Shown here: in pieces, positions 59,241-64,000 of the stretch
Layout of the letters: every line of letters begins with the position of its first letter
Numbering within the stretch: the first letter of the stretch is position 1
Source: Desulfosudaceae bacterium
GTDB taxonomy: Bacteria; Desulfobacterota; Desulfobacteria; Desulfobacterales; Desulfosudaceae
Direction of reading: 5' to 3'
NCBI GenBank assembly: GCA_963674745.2
Contig: CAXXDV010000001.1
Coordinates: 1,600,001 to 1,664,000, forward strand
Length of the DNA stretch: 64,000 nucleotides
Translations under genes and position numbers: made by a program
Notes under the pieces: generated by a model
What the model was told of the DNA's origin: nothing
Seen by the model: the letters and a program-made list of their open reading frames with translations, nothing else
The model's database searches: none

Positions 59241-61604
59241 TCAGTTATCAAAGGGGGTATTCTCCACAAGGTTCCAGATCCCGCAGGGACAGGCACCGGC
59301 ACAGAAACCACACCCGATACACAGATTATCGTCGACGACATATTCAAAACCGGTTTCGTCCGCTTTTTCCTTTCTGGCAATCGCTGCCCGGGGGCAAACG
59401 GCAATACAGATGCCGCAATCCCGGCAGGTGCCGCATGAGGCGCACTGGGAGCCGCACTGGTCGGTATCGACAAAGCTGGTCAGACGCGGATCAAAATAAG
59501 CCAGGTGGACCCGGCCTTTATCTATCACCGGCCGGTCATCAAACACCGGTATCTGCTGGTTGGACAAAAGCGCCCTGATGGCTTCCGCCGCACGTCGTCC
59601 GGCGCCGATGGCATCGGTCAGCAATCCCGGCTTGACAAGATCACCGATAGCGAAAATTTTTGGATCCGAAGTCTGGAAACAATGGTCGACCCTGACAAAG
59701 CCTCTGTCCAGATTGACTGAGTCAGGCAGAAAGCCGGTATCCGGCGCGTCACCGATGGATATGACCACGGTGTCAGCCGGCAGCAGTTCCCCGGAATCAA
59801 GGACCACACCTTTGGCGGTGACCTTTTTGGTAAAGCAGGGCCAGCGGAATTTAGCGCCAATGGCTTCGGCCTCTTCACGCTCCTTGCCGAACGAGGCCGG
59901 TTCCTGGACATCAATCAGGGTAATGTTCTTCGCGCCCAGTCGATGGGCTTCGGTGGCCACATCACAACCCACGTTCCCGGCACCGATGATAACAACGTTT
60001 TTACCGGGTTTGATATCGTCAATCTTGGCTTTGGCCAGAAAATCCAGGGCCATCACCAGCCGTTCATTGCCGGGAACCGGCAGCGAGCGCGGTTTCCAGG
60101 CGCCTGTTGCCAGTACCACGTAATTATATTCGTTTTTTATCTGTTCAATCTCTTTTTTCTTCAGCTTCTGCTGGAGATGAACCTGGGGGATGACCTTTTG
60201 AATCCGTTCCAGTTCGGCGGACAAGACTTCACGGGGGATACGGCTTTCCGGAATGACGGCCGCCATTTTCCCGCCCAGTGTTTTTTCCGTGTCATAAACA
60301 ACCGCCTCATGACCGTCGCGGGTCAACTGCCAGGCCACGGAAATACCGGCAGCCCCGCCGCCGATGACGGCGATTTTTCGGCCGCTTTTTTTAACCGGTT
60401 CAGGGGTCGGGGCGTTGATGCTGGCTCGCCCCAGCATGGATACATCCACCGGCTGCATTAAAGACCCTTTCCTGGTACATCCTTCCATGCACAGGTTGGG
60501 GCAGAGATAGCCGCATACCGAGGCGGGGAAAGGTGTGAAATCGAGCGCCATTTCCACGGCTTCGTCAACCAGGCCGTCGCGGATCAGCCGCCACCGTTCC
60601 TGGACCGGAATGCCGGCCGGGCATGACGCCTGGCAGGGGGCTTTATACTTTTTGTTTTCCCAGGCAGGCACAAATCGTCTCAGGTTACCGGTGGTAATCA
60701 GCGGTATGGGGCTGCGATCAAGGTCGGTCAGGTCACCGATCATACCGCCCTTACCCAGTTCCTGGTCCCAGGCACGGGCGCGGAAGGCGGCCATGGAGCG
60801 CCGCAGGGTTTTTCCTTTTTCATGGGGTGCGCGGGCCACCAGTAACTGCCACTCTTCGCGAACCGTTAATTTTGTTTCAAGCTCCGGAAAGCCGATGTGA
60901 GACAGGTAAGCGGGCATGTTTTCCCGAAGCCAGGCCCAGTCTTCATCCGTGATAGGCATCATTTTGGCATCGGTCGTGCTGTATCCCTGGTGGGGACCGC
61001 GAAAATAAACTTTTCCGCCGACCATGCCGACCAGGGGGCGGTATCCCAGCACGTTGTCGGGTGTCTGGGGATCAATGCCGCAGACAACGGCAATGCCGCC
61101 GGCCATGAATTCACCGAAATAATCTCCCACCGAACCCAGCACCCATAATTCCGGCGGCGCGAAACGGGGGTTAAACTTGGTCATGGTCATGCCGCGGGCG
61201 CCGATGTTGCCGTCCACGTAAATTTTGCCCTGGGCCATGGCGTTGGCTACGCCGTTGCCGGCATGGCCGTGAACCACGATGGTGGCACCGGCATTTAACC
61301 AGCCCACGTCATCCGATGCAGGCCCCATGATCTCAATAAAGGTGTTGGGAAAGCCCATGGAACCTGCCCGCTGACCGGCCTGGCCATTGATTTTGACAAA
61401 AACAGGCTTATCGCCGGCTTTCCATAACCGTCCGCCGATGCCATGCTGGCCAAAAGCGTCGACCTCAATATACCGATGGCCTTTTTCAACCGCTTTTTGC
61501 AGCCGTTCTTCCATAACCCGGGATTCAATGCGAATCCCGTTCTCTTTTCCCGCAATTTGATGAAAGGTCTGACCGTTCATTCGTTTCTCCACCATGTCAG
61601 CCAT
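59241..61604 (-). CDS. Glutamate synthase subunit: GXGXG domain plus GltD-like FAD/NAD(P)H oxidoreductase plus ferredoxin
   Basis: GQHGIGG, GEFMAGG, PC..CP, CGYLCP..C..C, GGGAAG, GAGNVG.D, CASCG.C..CG.C, CIGCGFCAG.CPC. Confidence 0.88.
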   Translation of the reverse strand: MADMVEKRMNGQTFHQIAGKENGIRIESRVMEERLQKAVEKGHRYIEVDAFGQHGIGGRLWKAGDKPVFVKINGQAGQRAGSMGFPNTFIEIMGPASDDVGWLNAGATIVVHGHAGNGVANAMAQGKIYVDGNIGARGMTMTKFNPRFAPPELWVLGSVGDYFGEFMAGGIAVVCGIDPQTPDNVLGYRPLVGMVGGKVYFRGPHQGYSTTDAKMMPITDEDWAWLRENMPAYLSHIGFPELETKLTVREEWQLLVARAPHEKGKTLRRSMAAFRARAWDQELGKGGMIGDLTDLDRSPIPLITTGNLRRFVPAWENKKYKAPCQASCPAGIPVQERWRLIRDGLVDEAVEMALDFTPFPASVCGYLCPNLCMEGCTRKGSLMQPVDVSMLGRASINAPTPEPVKKSGRKIAVIGGGAAGISVAWQLTRDGHEAVVYDTEKTLGGKMAAVIPESRIPREVLSAELERIQKVIPQVHLQQKLKKKEIEQIKNEYNYVVLATGAWKPRSLPVPGNERLVMALDFLAKAKIDDIKPGKNVVIIGAGNVGCDVATEAHRLGAKNITLIDVQEPASFGKEREEAEAIGAKFRWPCFTKKVTAKGVVLDSGELLPADTVVISIGDAPDTGFLPDSVNLDRGFVRVDHCFQTSDPKIFAIGDLVKPGLLTDAIGAGRRAAEAIRALLSNQQIPVFDDRPVIDKGRVHLAYFDPRLTSFVDTDQCGSQCASCGTCRDCGICIAVCPRAAIARKEKADETGFEYVVDDNLCIGCGFCAGACPCGIWNLVENTPFDN

Positions 61605-63239
61605 TTAAACAACGTATTTGATTTGTAAACGATCCGCGGCCGCCTTGTCGTCAATACCCAGGGCGTCGGACATGCCGATGGGCAGAGACGTTGATCGGCC
61701 CAGGGGCGCGAATATTTTTTTCAACTCAACATCAAAACTGACGAACATGTCGACGATGCGCTCGGCCACCTGCTCCTGATCCAGCCGACGGTAAAGCCGG
61801 GGGTCCTGGGAGGTGATGCCCTTGGGGCAGAGGCCCACGTTGCAGATATTGCAACGGTCGGACTCCGAGCCGAGACAGCCGGCGGCCGCCTGCATGACAT
61901 ATTTTCCGGTCTGAACGCCACTGGCACCCAGCATGATCAGGGCCGCGGCATTGGCCGCCAGGTTTCCGGACTTGCCGACACCGCCGCCCGCAAAAAGGGG
62001 CAGTTCGTTCTGCATGCCCAGCTTGACCAGGTTTTGGTAGCAGTCCCGGAGGTTGCTGGCAATGGGATGGCCCATGGTGTTTAACGAGACATTGTAAGCC
62101 GCGCCGGTTCCACCATCTTCACCGTCAATGGCCAGTCCGGCCGCATAGCTGTTTCGGGTCAGGTTGTTGAGTACCGCCAGAGAAGTTGAGGTGGCCGAAA
62201 TTTTCGGGTATACCGGCACCCGGAACCCCCAGGCCATGTACATGGACTGGATCATTTTGGCTACGGCCTCTTCAATGGAATACTTTGTCTGGTGTGTGGG
62301 CGGGCTGGGCAGGCTGACGCCCTCGGGCACACCCCGGATGGCGGCAATCAATTTGTTGACCTTGTTCCACATGAGCAGACCGCCGTCGCCCGGTTTGGCA
62401 CCCTGACCATACTTGATTTCTATCGCACAGGGATCGACTTTCATTTCCGGGATGGCGTGAATGATTTCGTCCCACCCGAAATAGCCACTGGCGATCTGCA
62501 GGATAACGTACTGCAGAAAACGGCTTCGCAGCAGTCGGGGCGGGCAGCCGCCCTCACCGGTACACATACGCACCGGCATGTTCAGCTCTTCGTTCAGGTA
62601 GGCCACACCCATTTGCAGGCCTTCCCACATGGGCGGTGAAAGTGCGCCGAACGACATACCGCCGATGATCAGGGGATAAATTTCCCGGACCGGCGGAATC
62701 CAGCCATTTTCTTTTAAATGCTGCAGGTTGTCTTCCGGTGACAGCACCCGTCCCAGCAATGTGCGAAACTCAAACTCATGACGTCCGGCATCCAGGGCAG
62801 GGTCGGTCAGCATGGAAATACGGATGAACTTGATGCGATCCAGAATGCCGCCCGGTACGTTGCGCCGCCCGCCGCGACGGCGGGGCGCGCCGCCCTGGTT
62901 GATGTGAAAAACCAGCTTGTCGGCCTCATCGTTGCGAACCGCCATAATGGCGTCATTGGGGCAGACCATGCTGCACATGCCGCAGCCGATGCAGGCGTTT
63001 TCCGGTATCATTTTCTGCCGGATGCCGTGATAGACACTGAAATTGCTGGTCGAGGACTGATTGATGTCGATATTGGCCGCAATGGTCCGTTTTTGAAAGA
63101 CACCCAGTTCCAGTGCCCGGACAGGGCAGACAGCCGTGCAGCTGCCGCACAGGGTGCATTTGTCCTTGTCCCATACAATCTGCCAGGGCAGATCCCTGAC
63201 GTTTAATTGAGAAACGGCAATTCGTCCGTCTGTCGCCAT
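61605..63239 (-). CDS. Glutamate synthase FMN-binding subunit with N-terminal 2[4Fe-4S] ferredoxin
   Basis: CTLCGSC..CP, MSFGALS, TGEGG, QIASGYFG, EIKYGQGAKPG.GG, DG..GGTGAA, C..G.CPKGITSQ. Confidence 0.92.
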   Translation of the reverse strand: MATDGRIAVSQLNVRDLPWQIVWDKDKCTLCGSCTAVCPVRALELGVFQKRTIAANIDINQSSTSNFSVYHGIRQKMIPENACIGCGMCSMVCPNDAIMAVRNDEADKLVFHINQGGAPRRRGGRRNVPGGILDRIKFIRISMLTDPALDAGRHEFEFRTLLGRVLSPEDNLQHLKENGWIPPVREIYPLIIGGMSFGALSPPMWEGLQMGVAYLNEELNMPVRMCTGEGGCPPRLLRSRFLQYVILQIASGYFGWDEIIHAIPEMKVDPCAIEIKYGQGAKPGDGGLLMWNKVNKLIAAIRGVPEGVSLPSPPTHQTKYSIEEAVAKMIQSMYMAWGFRVPVYPKISATSTSLAVLNNLTRNSYAAGLAIDGEDGGTGAAYNVSLNTMGHPIASNLRDCYQNLVKLGMQNELPLFAGGGVGKSGNLAANAAALIMLGASGVQTGKYVMQAAAGCLGSESDRCNICNVGLCPKGITSQDPRLYRRLDQEQVAERIVDMFVSFDVELKKIFAPLGRSTSLPIGMSDALGIDDKAAADRLQIKYVV

Positions 63240-64000
63240 ATCTGAATCTCCTTACGATCCGGTCCCACATAAGCGGTGTCCAGATGCATGGGTTGAATGT
63301 CCTTGGTTTTGTCCCGGTCCGGAATAACGGCATCCAGCCCGCAGATTTCAGAGGAAAAGGCGTATCTGCCGGGATGTCCGCCCACCACGCCCGGACGCAG
63401 TTTCTTTCTGTCCTGGGCCATGAACATGGAATGGTCCGGCAAACAGCCGATGGTGCAGTTGGGGCCGTCGATAATCAGCCGGCGGCAACTGTGCTTCAAA
63501 TGTTTCAACAGTTCGCCATTGGGATGTCCGGCAATGGCGTCGTCCTGGAGCGGGGTAATGATGTGTTTGTAGGCGGCGATGCCCAGGCCGAGTCTTTCCA
63601 TAGTATAATGAAGAATATGGGTAAACACTTCCGAGTCGGAATAAAACCCGGTGTATCCGTCAAATCCTCTTGATTTGAGGTATTCCATGATCGGGACAAA
63701 AGCGGTGTTTTCGCCGTTGGTCATGGTGGAAAAACCATGCAGGAAAAAAGGGTGACAGGCATAGAGGTTAATGGCGTAGTTGGTGTTCTGTCGTCCCTGG
63801 GCCATGATTACCCGGGCGTATAATTCATCCCGATCCAGGTCCAGGTATCGGGCCACCGTCAGGGGGTCGCCGATTTCCTTTAACATAATCACGTCCGGCC
63901 AGAAGGAAAAAACAACCATGTCGCCCTTTTCTTTACCCATTTCAATCAATTGCAGGCGGATTCGGGTCAACCGGCTTTTGCGTTCATCCCAGCTGAGCCC
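63203..64000 (-). CDS. Glutamate synthase class II glutamine amidotransferase subunit (5'-truncated by window)
   Basis: AQGRQNTN..HPF, NGE, DSEV, DGP, DRKKLRP, SSE; frame open to the window end. Confidence 0.88.
   Translation of the reverse strand, partial: GLSWDERKSRLTRIRLQLIEMGKEKGDMVVFSFWPDVIMLKEIGDPLTVARYLDLDRDELYARVIMAQGRQNTNYAINLYACHPFFLHGFSTMTNGENTAFVPIMEYLKSRGFDGYTGFYSDSEVFTHILHYTMERLGLGIAAYKHIITPLQDDAIAGHPNGELLKHLKHSCRRLIIDGPNCTIGCLPDHSMFMAQDRKKLRPGVVGGHPGRYAFSSEICGLDAVIPDRDKTKDIQPMHLDTAYVGPDRKEIQIWRQTDELPFLN

Overview
Chromosomal segment of a bacterium, most likely an anaerobic Desulfobacterota (inferred from gene content and repeat style, not proven). Left to right: the end of a tandem-OmpA protein; a type I secretion locus (TolC, a 2182-aa Calx-beta/RTX-like Tyr-rich repeat protein, a TPR-sulfotransferase, an ABC transporter and HlyD); two U32-like Cys-motif paralogues; an S8 protease, two atypical kinase-fold proteins and a porin; a core methionine-synthase-like gene, pgm, two BLUF photoreceptor genes, an orphan TRAP binding protein, tRNA-Asn, uvrA and pdxA; secreted proteins ending in a short C-F motif and a TMTC-like GT-C/TPR protein; a TetR-RND efflux operon; Hsp20s and a redox cluster; an orphan ParM-like actin, purF and a split glutamate synthase. 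The most striking observation is missed by the ORF track. The gene at 46226-47245 has an in-frame TGA directly after its signal peptide, followed by a SECIS-like hairpin and aligned to Cys in an equal-length tandem paralogue. It is a candidate secreted PKD-domain selenoprotein. A dispersed TA-ended inverted-repeat element supplies stop codons to several genes, and GTAG REP clusters are present. All family assignments come from reading motifs by eye; no searches were run.
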